DNA of 64,000 nt from Octopus sinensis (lineage: Eukaryota), in NCBI RefSeq assembly GCF_006345805.1, contig NC_043004.1, positions 107,205,307-107,269,306 on the forward strand, written 5' to 3'. Shown here in pieces: positions 27,320-40,560 of the stretch. Below the pieces are notes generated by a model. It saw only the letters and a program-made list of their open reading frames with translations. It had not been told where the DNA came from and did not search any database. The position numbers and the translations under genes were made by a program. Positions within the stretch are counted from its first letter, which is position 1. Each line of letters begins with the position of its first letter.

Positions 27320-27800
27320 TGCAGTGATAGACCTTTGGAGAGGTGGTATTTATTTGTTTGGCACCCTTCACAAATGTAATTTGTATTGGTGACAATAGCG
27401 CAGCTTTGTCAGTGGTGCATTTTGGAGTTTGCATCCCTAAGCAGTATTATGCCCAGATTCCTTGCACTTCCAGAGATTTCAGCACTGCATTCATCCTTCT
27501 TTTCATAGTCAATGAAAGTATGCACAGGAGCAACTCATGTTCTTTTGCTTGTTCTATAAGCTGTGCTAGAATGAATATGTGATCCATCAAACTATGGTCT
27601 TTACAGAAACCTGCTTGCTCTCTTGGCTGCTGGTCAAGCTGTTTTTATAACCTAGAGACAATGACGTTTGTAGAGTTGAGACAAGATGCATATGGGGTGA
27701 TAGTCTCTTACATCTTCTTTACTAGCCTTCTTTTGAAGCAAGATGGTATTTGACTCTTTCCACAGTGAGGGTATTTTAATCTTCAGAGAGCAACTGAACC
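27320..27800 (-). mobile_element. RTE-clade LINE RT N-terminal half (inverted segment)
   Basis: With frameshifts it reads KIPSLWKESNTILLQKKASKEDVRDYHPI..QPREQAGF..MDHIFILAQLIEQ..KGAKQINTTSPK. Confidence 0.8.
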
Positions 27801-28530
27801 ACATGTCTAGAAATGGTTATCGAACACATTAAGTGAAAGGCAGCATGAACATCAACAGCAAAGCTACTAATGCCATCATATTCATTGCTGAAATCACAGA
27901 GCAACTGCAGACCATGCTGACAGAGCAGAACACTTATATAGAGCTCAGCTATGGGCCTTAAAAGGAACTGCATGAAAACAAAATCCAAGCAGTCCAAAAC
28001 CAAATAGAAGTGGAAAACAGCGAAATTGTGAAGGAAAAGAGGTACATCTACAGTGAATATGTGCCAAGACATGAATGTTGAAATCTCAGAGAGAACATGG
28101 GCAGGATGGAAGACATTTACCTTGATAAAAGATGTGCTCAAAGCAAAGCTGGACAAGAACCTGCGTGCCAATTTCTTCAATGGCACCAAACTACCTATAC
28201 TCTTATACACAAGTGAGTCACAAACTACTACAAGGAGGGAAGAATATTGGTTCACTATAACGCAAAGGGTCATGAAAAGACGCATGCCAGGAATATCATT
28301 GTGAGAGTATATCCAAAATGATGCAATTCAAGAAGAGAGCAGAGTGAACGATGCGATCGTAGAATATCAAAAAGTATGTTTTGCAGAGCCAGACATGTTC
28401 AAAGTTTGCAAACAGCAGCTGAATCTATGCAGTTAGTTGCTGAAGAGTATCCAAAAGATCAGAAAAGGCCTCTAGAAAAGGCTTCCACAATGATGTGAAG
28501 ACAATTTAGTTAAATGATTCGTTAAAGGTA
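27801..28530 (+). mobile_element. RTE-clade LINE RT C-terminal half
   Basis: TCLEMVI..IIFIAEITEQLQTML, then ORF 28053-28304 WAGWKTF..LRANFFNGTKLPILLYTSE..TQRVMKRRMPGISL. Confidence 0.8.
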
Positions 28531-28569
28531 CGCATAAAAGCAAATTCTTGATCAAAATCAAAATGGAAA

Positions 28570-28865
28570 TAGTAGTTGTGGCTAATGCCAGTACCGCCTG
28601 ACTAGCTCCCCATGCCAGTGGCATGTAAAAAGCACCGTCCGAATGTGGTCAATGCCAGTTCCCCCCTCCTAACTGGCTCCGGTGCCAGCAGCACGTAAGA
28701 AGCACCCACTATACTCAGTGATTGACATTAGGAAGGGCATCCAGCTGTAGAAACTTGGCCAGATCAGATTGGAGCCTGGTGCAGCCTTCTGGCTTGCCTG
28801 TTCCCAGTCAAACCATCCAACCCATGCCAGCATGGACAACGGACATTAAACGATGATGATGATGA
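28570..28865 (+). mobile_element. RTE/RTEX 3' end
   Basis: ggcatgtaaaaagcacc modules followed by the (GAT)n tail. Confidence 0.75.
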
Positions 28866-28875
28866 CATACATATA

Positions 28876-29290
28876 TCTTTTACTTGTTTGTCACTTGACT
28901 GTGGCCATGTTGGGGCACCACCTTGAAAGGTTTTAGTCAAATAAATCAACCTCAGGACTTATTTTTTAAAGCCTGATACTGTATCAGTCTCTTTTGCCGA
29001 ACTGCTAAGTTATGGGAATGTAAACACAACAGCACCAGGTGTTGAGGACAAACACAGACACACATGTGTGTGTGTGTGTATATATATATATATACACACA
29101 CACATATAGATATATAAACACACACAGTTTCCATCTACCAAATCCACTCACAAGGCTTTGGTCGGCCCAAAACTATAGTAGGAGATACTTGTCCATGGTG
29201 TCACACAGTAGAACTGAACACTGAACCATGTAGTTGAGAAGCAAGCTTCTTACCATATATAGCCACGCCTGCGTTATGTGTATATATATA
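28876..29290 (-). mobile_element. Family A SINE
   Basis: Tail ttttacttgtttgtca, internal (TG)(TA)(CA), and head region ccatctaccaaatccactcacaagg. Confidence 0.75.
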
Positions 29291-29307
29291 TATAGCCACG
29301 CCTGCGT

Positions 29308-29388
<81 letters not shown>

Positions 29389-32300
29389 ATAGATATATAT
29401 AATTGTCAAAGTAATTCAGTGCAAATCTAAACTAAATCTAAACATTAGCCATTATGTATCATCAGTTTTATTTTGGTCCTAATCTGACTTCAATTAACAT
29501 AAAGGGAAGAACCTCTCGTTGCTCCCATTAACTTTATGTGTGGGCCACAGTGGGATTACAATTGCACAGATGGTAGAGAGCCAATCTAGATGCTCAGTCC
29601 AAATCCAGGTACTGCTCTTGAAATATGCTTAAGTATCAGTTGTTTTACACCAAACCACATTATATGTGCCTTGCACCTTTAAGACAGGGATTTAAGCAGA
29701 TTTTAAGGAGATTTAGCAGCTTTTTTCTAGCAAACTGAACAGCTACATAGTGTCCTCCTAGAATCAAAGTACCAATAATATGTAGTCTAGAACCTGTACT
29801 TAAATGAGAAACACTTGTGTTTAAGAAAAAGAGTTCATTCTTTTCAGCAACAGCTTCTCTTCTGGGTTGACATGAAATGTTCCTCGATACTTAGATACCT
29901 ATCCTCACTTCTTCCGTTGTTGTTTTTTTTTTGGGGGGGGGGGGGGTTCCACTTCTAATTATATATCCTAGATCCTAGACGAGTAAAGGGCGGTTGGAGG
30001 TATTTTACAGTGGAGTGATCAATTGTTATGTCTGAAAGAAATTGGCAACAACTGTAACTGGTAATGCTGTATATTGACCTCAGTTGTTGAGTCGATTGTA
30101 GGATAGGATAGTGTGCGCGATGAAGAAAGAGGAGGAGAGAAATGAAGGAGGAAAGGAAGAAAAATGCATTCACAAAACGAAAGAAACAGAACGATAGGAT
30201 GTTTTTAGATACATACATAAAGACAGACAGACAGGGATGGGAGGAGATAGATACAAATATATATATATATACGACATAGATACAAATATATATATATATA
30301 TACGACAGATGAACTGATAGCAAGAGAAGAAAGGAGATGAATAAACGCGTGAGCAAACTGGCGCAAACACAGAGCATAGAATGGGAGCGACATGGCTGAA
30401 TCGGTGGAATGAGTTGGGTTAGTGTAAAGAAGAATCGGCATCAGTTGACGAGTTGACACGAATGCCTTTGAAAAAAACGAGAAGAGTTTATAGTAAAATC
30501 TGCAGTATGTACGGGAAGTGATAAAAAGATGAGACAAGAGGCACATGGAATAGTGTGAGAATATTTAGTGGAAGATTAAGAGGGAGGAGGAGATCAAACT
30601 GGTTTGGATGACAGCAGCAGAGTAGAAAGAAGGATGAAGAAGAGGCGACGAGGTGTATGTGTGTGTGTATATATATATATAGAGAGAGAAGGGTAGAATG
30701 AGAGAGAGACTGACAGTGGTGGAGAACTGACTGAATAATGCTGAATCGGAGAAAAACCAGTTTGACTTTTTTGCGGGAAACTGCAATCCACGATAGAAAA
30801 GAAAATAAACAAAAAGAATGAAAGAAATTAAATAAAGCTAAAAATTAGAGGGAGAAAAAGACGAAAACAAAGAAAAATAGAAAAGAGTAAAACGAAGAGA
30901 ATGCGTGGAAAGGAGGGAAAAGCTTAGAAACGTTAGCAACAGAAGAATTCGCCAATTTCAAACAGGTTAGCAGGTGTCTAAATGACAAATATTCATTGCG
31001 GTTCTTCCCCCTCTTGTTAAAAGAATACTCTAATCTAGAAACTATAAAACTTCATTAAGGTACAAGGCAGTTGGCTGCAACCTTTTTTCATTTGCGGTAC
31101 ACTTATATCCTTTTCAAAATAGGGCGGCACACCTGAACTAGAAGTATAGGGAAACAATTATATTCAGGTTATACTGTGGCACACCAGTGTATCGCACTGG
31201 TATAAGGGACCGGTTTGGGGCTTCTAGTCAAGAGAAAGAGAGAGATACATAAAAAGGAATCGGAGCTTTATTTCTTCTTTATGGTGACTGAAATAAGCTA
31301 AAAAGGACGGGGAAACTGCTGTACTTCCACATACATTCCCAGCAAAAATGATAATTTTAATTAGACAATGGAAAATTAAAGCAGCTGCTGTTATTTAACC
31401 CCTGGTCTGCCCTCTCAGATCAGACCTACGGTCACAGGCATTCGAACTGTAGGCGTCTTTTGTTCAATGTTTTGCAGGAATATGCTTTCCAATGTGTCCA
31501 TTTCAAAAAAAAAATTTTTTTTAAGACAGCAGATGTAATTTAGGGCAGATATGGCTGCTACATTCAGTAGGTCGAGTAGTTTCCCCTTTTGGTTCGGAAA
31601 AGTGAAGTATTCTAAAGGAGTGTGGGATGATGACCGGTCAAGTCGATTACAGAATTGCCGGTGAGTAAAGTCCGTAGTCAGGTTATATTTCCGGCTCTAG
31701 CCAAAAACACTTCACTATCGCTGATTATTTTACTAGAAAAACAAGAAAGTTCCGAGGTGATTTTATTTTGAAATGCAGTCAGTTTGTCTCTGGACTCTCC
31801 GCTTTCCTAAACGGATGAGGCGGTTCCATGGATGTTATCGATGGAATCGAAACCGGGTTGTGAGTTCGGTTCATACAATAGGTTACTTCTAAGATCTTAA
31901 ATCAACGATATTATTTTTTGGTTTTTTTAATAAGTCTGAAATCTAGTATCTTTAGAGGATGTAAACAGAGGTTGCGACGAGTATTTCTGCTGGGAAAAGG
32001 CATTCGCAACGTAAAGAAAAGAAAATGGTTCCAACCGGAAATTGCAAGTTGTTTGCCGGAAGCTCTACATTTCGGTACATACCAATGATTACTCCTTGGT
32101 AAACAAGGTGACACACCACTGGGATGCGTGTGTGTGGGTGGACTAAGAGTTCAGATCTATCTTTGGTCTATATGTTTAACCGTAGACTAAACTAAGACCC
32201 TGTCGCCATCTCCACCCCAAGAATAACTCTTTTTGACTACACACAATGCAAAATTTTGAGTTAGAGGATATAAATAACTGAATTGACCATAACATATTAC

Positions 32301-35300
32301 TAATACTGGGTTCAATTAACACCAGAAGGCTAAACACAAGGTTGGTCTCGGATATGAATTAAAAAAAAAACCTTAGAACTCCGAAAAGCAAGTAGCCAGA
32401 CAAAAATATCCACGGTGGTGCGTGTGCCATCACAATAACCGTCGCCAACATGAACACAAATCCTCCAAGATTTTTAAGAGAATAAAGGTTTAAAGCATTT
32501 ACAAACATACAAAACATGAATTTCTTCCAACCAGGAAATAAAACATTCAGGTGCAGGAAAGACATGTCAGGAGCTTAGTTGATACAACGAAGTAAAATCA
32601 TTAAAAATGTTTGAGTTGTTCTCGATAGAATCTATGGAGAACAGCAGAAACGTTTTTAATGATATTACTTGCAATTTCGTCATTCGTTGTATCAGCTAAG
32701 CTCCTGGCAAGATAAAAAGATGAGATGAAAACGAGGGAGGAAGCAATGAGGCTTTCATAGACATCGATAAAAAAAAACACAGAAGGAGTTCAGGGAGGGA
32801 GATGAGAGGAAATAGTTTTACCAGATGTCAATAAAGGAGTTAAATGAGGCTTATGAGAAGAGAATATGATCGGAGATTGACATCCTAAACATTCTTCCTG
32901 GCAGACAAACAACACTTGAAAACAAATTGATTTTCCTCATTCTTGAAACACGATCGAACTGGAATTTAAACGGATCGAACTCGGGCAAGTAAGCGGCATT
33001 GTTGGTAGGTATAGAACAAATAAATTGTAGAATACATTGGGTTCTACTCAGCAAAATAGTTTACACAATAAACCAAATTAAAGTATCATTAGAAGCAGGT
33101 ATTTAATCTAATTTGAAAACACCTGAAGTTAAAAACAGCACTGACCAAAATGGTAACACATCTTCCTATGGCGAAACATTCAGGACAGGAACAAAACGAC
33201 ACTCGCTCATATAAGCACTTTAATGTCTAAGGATTAGCGATACTGTTCTTATAATCAATTCCCTTACATAGCTAAACGTAGGGGTCGATAGAAATGCTAG
33301 AACTCTTGTAACCTTTTCAGTTAATGCTACAAAATTAATAGTATTTAAGGTACCATTAAAACCTTCTGGAATTCTGGAAAGGTGTTCTCACAAAGTAGAT
33401 CCCTGCAGTAAGTCCAAAATTAAAATCGAGTAAAACATGCCCCAGACGCTTAAACACAGCATTAGGGAATACCTAGTTCAACATCCTATGTTTAGTGCAA
33501 GTCTCACGGAGCCAAACCCCTATCAAACATAAAGGATTGTCTCGTCGTATCAGCTTTGCAACAGGTTTTCAATCTTCTGCATAGCACATCTGCCACATTG
33601 CACACTTACGAAACACGTTTGCCCTTTAGAGGCGACATATATACTACAAAAACAGGTACAAAGTGCGAAGAATATCTCTGTGTTATATTAAATTCACCAA
33701 CATCTCAAACCTAGCACAAATATGTTCCATCTATTTTAAGACAAAAACATTTCTATCAAAAGATTGCCGCGCAAAACAAAAGGGTAAAAAAAAAAGCACC
33801 TGTTCTAGCTCATAGAAATTTATTAAAAGAATGTGATGACTCGAATTCCTTTATATTAAACGCATAAAAAAAAAATTGGATCTTCTGTGAAGCACCTATG
33901 GAATGTGGATAGACTTAGTATTTTAGTTAAATGAGCATCAATTTTGTCACATCTGTTATGTGAATGTGTTGGGTCAGCATTAGTCACGATTCTCCAAGAG
34001 GTTAGCAGTGAAGACGTGTTCAGTGATGGAATAGAGCCAACCTTACCAGTTGACGGACAAAATATACACACACACACACACACGTATTTGCATGGTGCAT
34101 ACACGACTCTCACTGTGAACTGTTTCGGCTAGGACATTATTCATAGCAGCACTCCACCAAAAACTAACCGACTTCTTTGCAAGTACTTCTGTTTTAAAAA
34201 TAGCACTACCATTTCCTCTCCCTCTCCTCCGACCTAACCTCCACCTTCATCATCCCAGTACTATCAGATGAATTAAGGACACGAGCATGAAACGGGACGG
34301 GGTAGTGATGGGATACCAATTTACTAAACAAATGGTTACATTATATCGCAGTATAAGAATTTAAAGGAGCGCTGTGATTAAAGAGGTTAAAGAGAAATAT
34401 CGTGTGTGTTAGACGGCTAAATGAGAAAACCATGTGTTTTGCGGGGTGCAGAGCAATAATAAAGTACTTAAAGGAGACGAAAGGGTGGGAAAGATAAATC
34501 ATAGAAATATTTTAAAGGAAAATCCATGAAACATCTCGTTTTTTAAAATATGGAAGTAGAGAGAGAGAGAGTGGGAGACAGAACATCTTTGGATATTGAG
34601 GAAAAGAGAGCAAGTGTGGTGCTTGTCTGTCGACATAATTCTCAAGGGACTGATATAACGTGATGTTAAAAATCTGACATCTGGGGTGATTCAGGGATGT
34701 AGGTTAGGCTTGTTATTGTTGTTTAACCCCAGGTCGACTCCGATTGAGCAGATTTATGATCATAACGTCATTTTATTTTGTTGTTCAGGCATACATTATC
34801 CACTGTGCCCTTATCTTTTTTTTTTTAAGACAGTAGGGTATGATTTAGGGGGAGCAAGCTACAGAGGTCTCCTACCAGTCTAGTAGGTCAAAGGTTGTGT
34901 TCTTTAATAACTTGAGTGTTAAATAATAAAGAAACAGGATTAATACTTTAACGACTGAGAAGTCTTCTTCGGACCTGACCTGACTAATCAACACACCTAT
35001 GTGTGTGTGTGTGTGTTGGTGGTAAGATTCCGAGCAAGCGGTCCTCATCGTTAATGGACTCGGAAAATGCATGAACATCACAAGATTTTCTTTGACTATT
35101 AGCAAAGATTTCTGATATTAGGGATGCGTGGGCGAGAGAACCGAGTTTTGTGGGATACGGTTTTTTTCTTTTAACTTTTTTATTTTCAAAATCATAACCA
35201 ATCTAAATAGAAATGTTTCTTTTAAATATCGAAACCGACTCGGCAAGATCTTATTGTAAACATAACTTATATGAAATACTCGAGCGTCAGTTCATCTTCA

Positions 35301-35627
35301 TGACTACTTCCCAAAGCACAATGTGTGTGTGTGGTGTATAATCAATTACAAGTAAATAAGCTATGGATACGAGCCACCGGCAGCCAGTCAGAAATTCGTT
35401 CGAAGTCCATCCTGTCTATCTGACAAAGGGTTACAAAACAATCGAACATCGAGTACATTGAAGTAATTTAAAATAATTGTCTTGTGTGGCGAAAGAATTT
35501 CTTCGAGTTTTTTCATGAACTTCATACGCAGTATGGAGGAGTCGACAGACTAAATAAAGGGGATAATTGGTATCTGAAAGAGAAAAGGGGATTAAGGCAA
35601 AATAAAAAGATGTTGCAAAAGACTTAC

Positions 35628-35726
35628 CATAAGTCCATCCAAATTAATATTTGAGGTAGTAGTTTTAATTTCCCTCTCCAAGTCCTTAAGACGTTGGTAC
35701 AACTTGGGATCTTGCAGTAGAGACAT
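35628..35726 (-). CDS. ROCK: First coding exon of a Rho-associated coiled-coil protein kinase (MSLLQDPKLYQRLKDLEREIKTTTSNINLDGLM)
   Basis: ATG in gccatcATG context, 33 open codons, then a GTAAGT donor at 35627 in phase 0. The peptide resembles ROCK N-termini (ROCK2 [22 protein letters not shown]; fly Rok RANTLEREMRDPTSICNVDCLL), and it ends where I recall vertebrate ROCK exon 1 ending (..LL|DG). Too short for the ORF track. Downstream exons were not found in the window. Confidence 0.82.
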
Positions 35727-36600
35727 GATGGCAGTATGTGGCAGAGAAGGAGCGAACACGGAATCCCAGTAGTAAAAAAAATTAAAACTATATACTTAAG
35801 AGACAGGGAATTAAAAAAAAAGGAAAGGACACCGATATTTTAAAAGTGTCAAAAAGGGATCATCTTAAAACTGGGGGAAAAAAATTAATCCGTCACTGTG
35901 TTTAAAATTACCACCCGTCAAGTACTGAGATTTTTATATAGACGGAGTGGGGAAAGTCTCGCCTAATTAGCTATATTATAAAGACAGGTTAAATATTGAA
36001 TAACAATAGAGACGAGGTACAAAGATGACCAAAGGTTATGGCCATCCTCACCGAATCATCCACCCTGTCTGTCACTTAGGAAAGGCGTGAAGTGTGTCTA
36101 TGTACGTGTTGCCAGTTTTAATGTATACAAGACTAAAACAGCGACAACACCTTCCCTAAAAATTGGATATCTAAATAATTTATTATCATTTATTAAATAC
36201 TTGCAATACTTTTATTTGATATTGTCTTAGAAACCTAAAAATACAATTTTAGTTCATTTTCCCGTTTTTAGTCATTAATTGACCGGAAACAGTAGAGAAG
36301 AAATACCGGAAATGGACGAAACCGGGTGATGAAATGTACATGTCAAATTAGCTGAGAGAGCCCAGTGCGCTTCGGAGATAGATCCACGGTTGGAGAGGCT
36401 TCTCAATGTAAAACCAGACGAATGTTTGATTATAATAGTAAATATAAATTACATGAATCAGTCACACATCTATTTATATAAATATATATTAGTTATGGAT
36501 GGGTAAAGGTAGTAAACTTAAATTTCAAAAATAGTTTGGCAGTGTTGACTACAAACAAAACGACTTCCGTTCATGAAATTATTATAACAAATACAATAAA
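35727..36600 (-). promoter_or_regulatory. Putative ROCK proximal promoter / 5'UTR region
   Basis: CpG-rich unique sequence directly upstream of the ATG. ETS-type cores ACCGGAAA at 36282 and 36305 and ACTTCCG at 36563-36569. TSS not determinable. Confidence 0.45.
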
Positions 36601-39509
36601 GGGATATGTTGTAAGAAATTATATAAAACCAGTAAACCCTAAGATAGTTACAGATAATAGATTAAAGGAAAATCCGCAATAATAAAGGTGGGCCCCACAC
36701 CACCTTCGTCGCGACTTTGCCTCTCCTTCTCATTCAGAGCAAGATTAATTAATTAGGGTTGTAATGATTTGTTAGTAATAGTAATCCAGTTGGTTTGTAT
36801 AATATATCCAGAAAGGGAGAAGGTTAATTATTTGGCCGCCAGCGAGTGGCAGACGGACAGGATCCGGCTTTAGGTGAAGCCATCAAGCCATTCTCACTGT
36901 GGAAACAGAAAAATCCATTGAGTCTTTTCCTTCGTTTTCGGTCTTTTCCCTGGGTTTTTCGTTCTGCTGCTCCAATAGACTTCAATCATCGAAGTGAAAG
37001 CAGCTTTTCACTGCCACACACTTGCAGTAGTGATCTTTTTTAATATTCCACACAATGCTTCTGTCTTTTAGAGTAGATCTGTTTGTTTCCCGATGGCTGA
37101 GGCATGTGTCTGTCTGCTTCCAAACACGGCTGGCTTCATTTAGCTTTCTTCCGTAGGCGCCATCACAGCCTTAACAATGGCCACCACCTATACGGCTCTA
37201 CCTGCCACCGCCACTCTCACCTTGTTTACTACTCTATCTGCTACTTCCACGGTCTCTCTTACTCTGTCGCTACCACCACACTACGTCACTCGTCTTTTAT
37301 GTTTCCCTGCCTTTCTCTTTCCTTCTGTCTTTCACTTTTACTCTATCTTTATTTTCCTTTCCCATTACAGCAATTACTCCATCTGTCATCAGCCCAAAGC
37401 ATAATTCTCTCTTTCTCTATTTTTTTATTCCCTTTTCTATGTTATTATAAGCAGTCGCTCATTCTGCCGTCACCAACTTCCACCACAATCCTCTCCCTGG
37501 CTCCTCTCACTAAACCTCGCTCTACTGAAGAGTAATAGTGGCAACTGGACTATTACTACTTCCACTTCAATAAAATTCTGCAGGATAGCAACTTCTGTTT
37601 GCACAACCACCTAGGAGGTGGTGCGAACCCTGAACTATTGTTCAGTAATTCAAGAAGAGTTTTTAAAAAATTAGCCGACTTGAATATTTAGCGAATAGGG
37701 AGTACTGAGATAGAAACAGAGTGGGTCGTCGAAGAAAGAGGTTGGGGAAAAACTGACGAAGAATGGCAAGATGAGAAGAAAGCGATATGAGAGAATAAAT
37801 ACAAAATTTGTAAGAAGAAAAAGAAAGGTCACCGTTTCAGTGAGAAAGAGGTGAAAGAAGCGAACACCAAGAGAAAGGAGAGAGATACTGTAAGAAAAAT
37901 AAGGAAATAGCTGGTTTTACATTGCGCGGTTAAATAGCAGAATAAAAGCCGTTATTTACAAGCTGAATGACTCATGAAAATGCCAAAATCTTTAAGTTAG
38001 GGAATTAGGCACGAAAGGTTAAAGAACTTCTACTGGGAAGTTCTTTAAATTAAAGAATAACGACTGCGATTAAATTTGCAGACAAATTAGTCTAACATCT
38101 GCATAAAGGGAAAAGAATCGTGTGCATTCACGAGTCTAGCAGTTGGATATTTTAAAGAAACTGATTGATCTAATTGTGGGGAGAAAGGAAAAGGCTGGAA
38201 ATCGAGACCATAAAAAGACTTTGGGATATTGGGGCTACAGTACGTGTTGCCCTGTTCTGTACAAAAAAGTTATATATATAAATTAAAGACCCTATACGTG
38301 AAATGAAAGGGTTATATATTAAAATATTTTTTTATCTTTCTGATTTCTGTCGTGAGTTATTTTAGAAAAGTTGTCTCCCATAATTTATGGAAAGCTTGAA
38401 GTAGAATTATGTGGTGGGTGAAAGAGAATGCTGTACATTAGAAAAAGTAAAGATAAAAAAATAAAATCATCAATTTCCTTTGTATGGAACTCGACCAAAA
38501 TGAGTCATCACAAATCATATATTATGATTATTTGTCAGAAATGATTAAAAAGATTGTATCACCATGGACAGTTCTGTGTGTCCTGAACTAAGGATAAGAA
38601 TTATGTAAACATTTTCTCTATGTTGCCAATAATTGCAATTGATAATGTTAATCTGTAGCCTAAATCTTCTGCATTGAAGTCTCACTCCTCTCGATCAAAT
38701 GTAGCTGAGGCTTGAGCTCACACTGATTGTTTTCTCCCTCTCTTCCACATGTGATTAGCTTTGCAGCTCCTTTACAACAAGAACCTGCTCCCCTTCCCAC
38801 ATATTCTGATACTTTAACCCTTCATACCCAAGAATAACCCACCATACACACATGCACACACACACATGCACACACACTCACACACACACATCTCAGAGTT
38901 TATAGTCATGTGAGCTGCTTAGCAACCTTAATAGTACTGGGAGCCCCAAAATAGTACCCAATACACTTGTACATGCTGTGAAGTGGTTCGCATTAGGAAG
39001 GGCATCCAGCCATAGAAACCATGCCAAAGCAGATACTGGAACATGATGCAGTTGTTAGACCCAATAGATCTGGTCAAACCATCCAGCTCATGTTGGTATA
39101 GAAAAAGGACATTGAACAATGAAGAAGAGGAGGAGGATGGTGGTGTGGAGGTGGTTTTTTAATTATAAGTTTACTAGGTTTGGAATAACCTGAAGCTGCA
39201 ACAATAACAAAAGATCTTTTAACTCATTACAGTACACACACACACATATGTGTACAATGTGAACTGCTATTTGCCAATTTTCCCCTCCTGATGAAGGAAA
39301 CCAGTATTTTGATGATGTTTTATGCAATCATCTACAGGTGCATATCCATGGCTATTTGCCTATTCCATCTGCTAATTATGAACTTACAGCTATTATATCA
39401 TTCTGAGCTCCTAGAAACAGCTGTTGAGCTAACATTTTCTGTCTTTTTTTCATATTCCATGTAAAAGAAAATTGATTTGTCGCTATATATAAATATCTAT
39501 GTGCTTGTA

Positions 39510-40560
39510 CACTATGTGATCAAAGGTATCTGGACCCCCACCTGATAATGAAGTACAAGTTTGGGCCACCCTCCATTGGGAACACTGGCAGTCAATACAG
39601 TGTTGGCCCACTCTTAGCCTTGATGAGAGCCTCCACTCTTGCTGGTCTACTTACAGTCAAGTGGTGAAAGGTTTCCTGGGGAATGGCACCAAGATGAGCA
39701 TAGGTATCGATGTGAGTTAGTGTGATCTAGCATGAGGTCAGTGTTCTAAGACATCCCAGAGATGTATGATGGGATTTCAATCAAGACTCTGCACAGGCCA
39801 TTCCATTAGTGGGATGTTGTTGTTGTCAAACCATTCCCCTACAACCTCTGTGGTATGGACAGATGCTTGGTGTGTTTTAAAATACACAATGGTCATCCCT
39901 GAACTGGTCTTCGACAGTAGGCAACATGAAAGGGGTTAAAATCTCAGAGTAAGTTTGTGCCATGACAGTGCCACATAACGCAACAAGGGGGAAAAGCCCC
40001 ATCCAGGAGAAACATGACCACACCATGATCCCACTACTGCTGAATTTCAAGGCACTATACAGGCTGGTGTGTATCATTCACCACACCCACACCCTACTAT
40101 TGGATCACCACATTGTGTACCATGATTCATCACTCCACACGACAGATTTCCACTGTTCTATAGCCCAGTTACGATGCTCTTTACACCACATGAGGCGGCG
40201 TAGGGTATTTGTCTGTGTGATGTGTGGCTTGTGGGCAGCTGCTCTTCCATGGAAACCAAGTTTCTACACCTCACGTTAAAGAGTTGTGGTGTTTTGAGTA
40301 GATCCTGCTGCAGTTTAGAATTCCTGTGTGATGGTGGTGAGGAGTGGTAGACGATTATGCTGTACAACACTCGACAGTGTCTAAGGGTTCACATCGGAGG
40401 TCAGCTCAAATGCTTTGGGGTTGTACATGTCCCTTTATGCATCTACTTCATTGTTACATCAGAAACAGTGGACCTAGGCTATTTTCAGGAGGGTGGAAAT
40501 CTCACACACAAGCTTATTAGACAAATGGTACTTGACTACATTGAAAGTCCATTAGTTCTG
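39510..40560 (-). mobile_element. Decayed Tc1-like (DD34E) transposon
   Basis: TA plus TIR cactatgtgatcaaaggtatctggacc. The minus strand reads IMVWSCFSWMGLFPLV..FMLPTVEDQFRDDHCVF and WFDNNNIPLMEWPVQSLD*NPI. The second TIR was not found. Confidence 0.82.

Noticed and set aside
29955-30546. Overlapping minus-strand ORFs of 140 and 113 aa
   Set aside because: Low-complexity pyrimidine-rich sequence crossing (TA)n, with no domain resemblance.
302-35600. Orientation bias of retroelements within the ROCK intron
   Set aside because: Both orientations are common by manual tally; too few independent copies to claim a bias.
36860-37170. Minus-strand frame interrupted by a single TGA (selenoprotein idea)
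   Set aside because: No start codon or acceptor for the frame, no selenoprotein motif, and no SECIS recognised.
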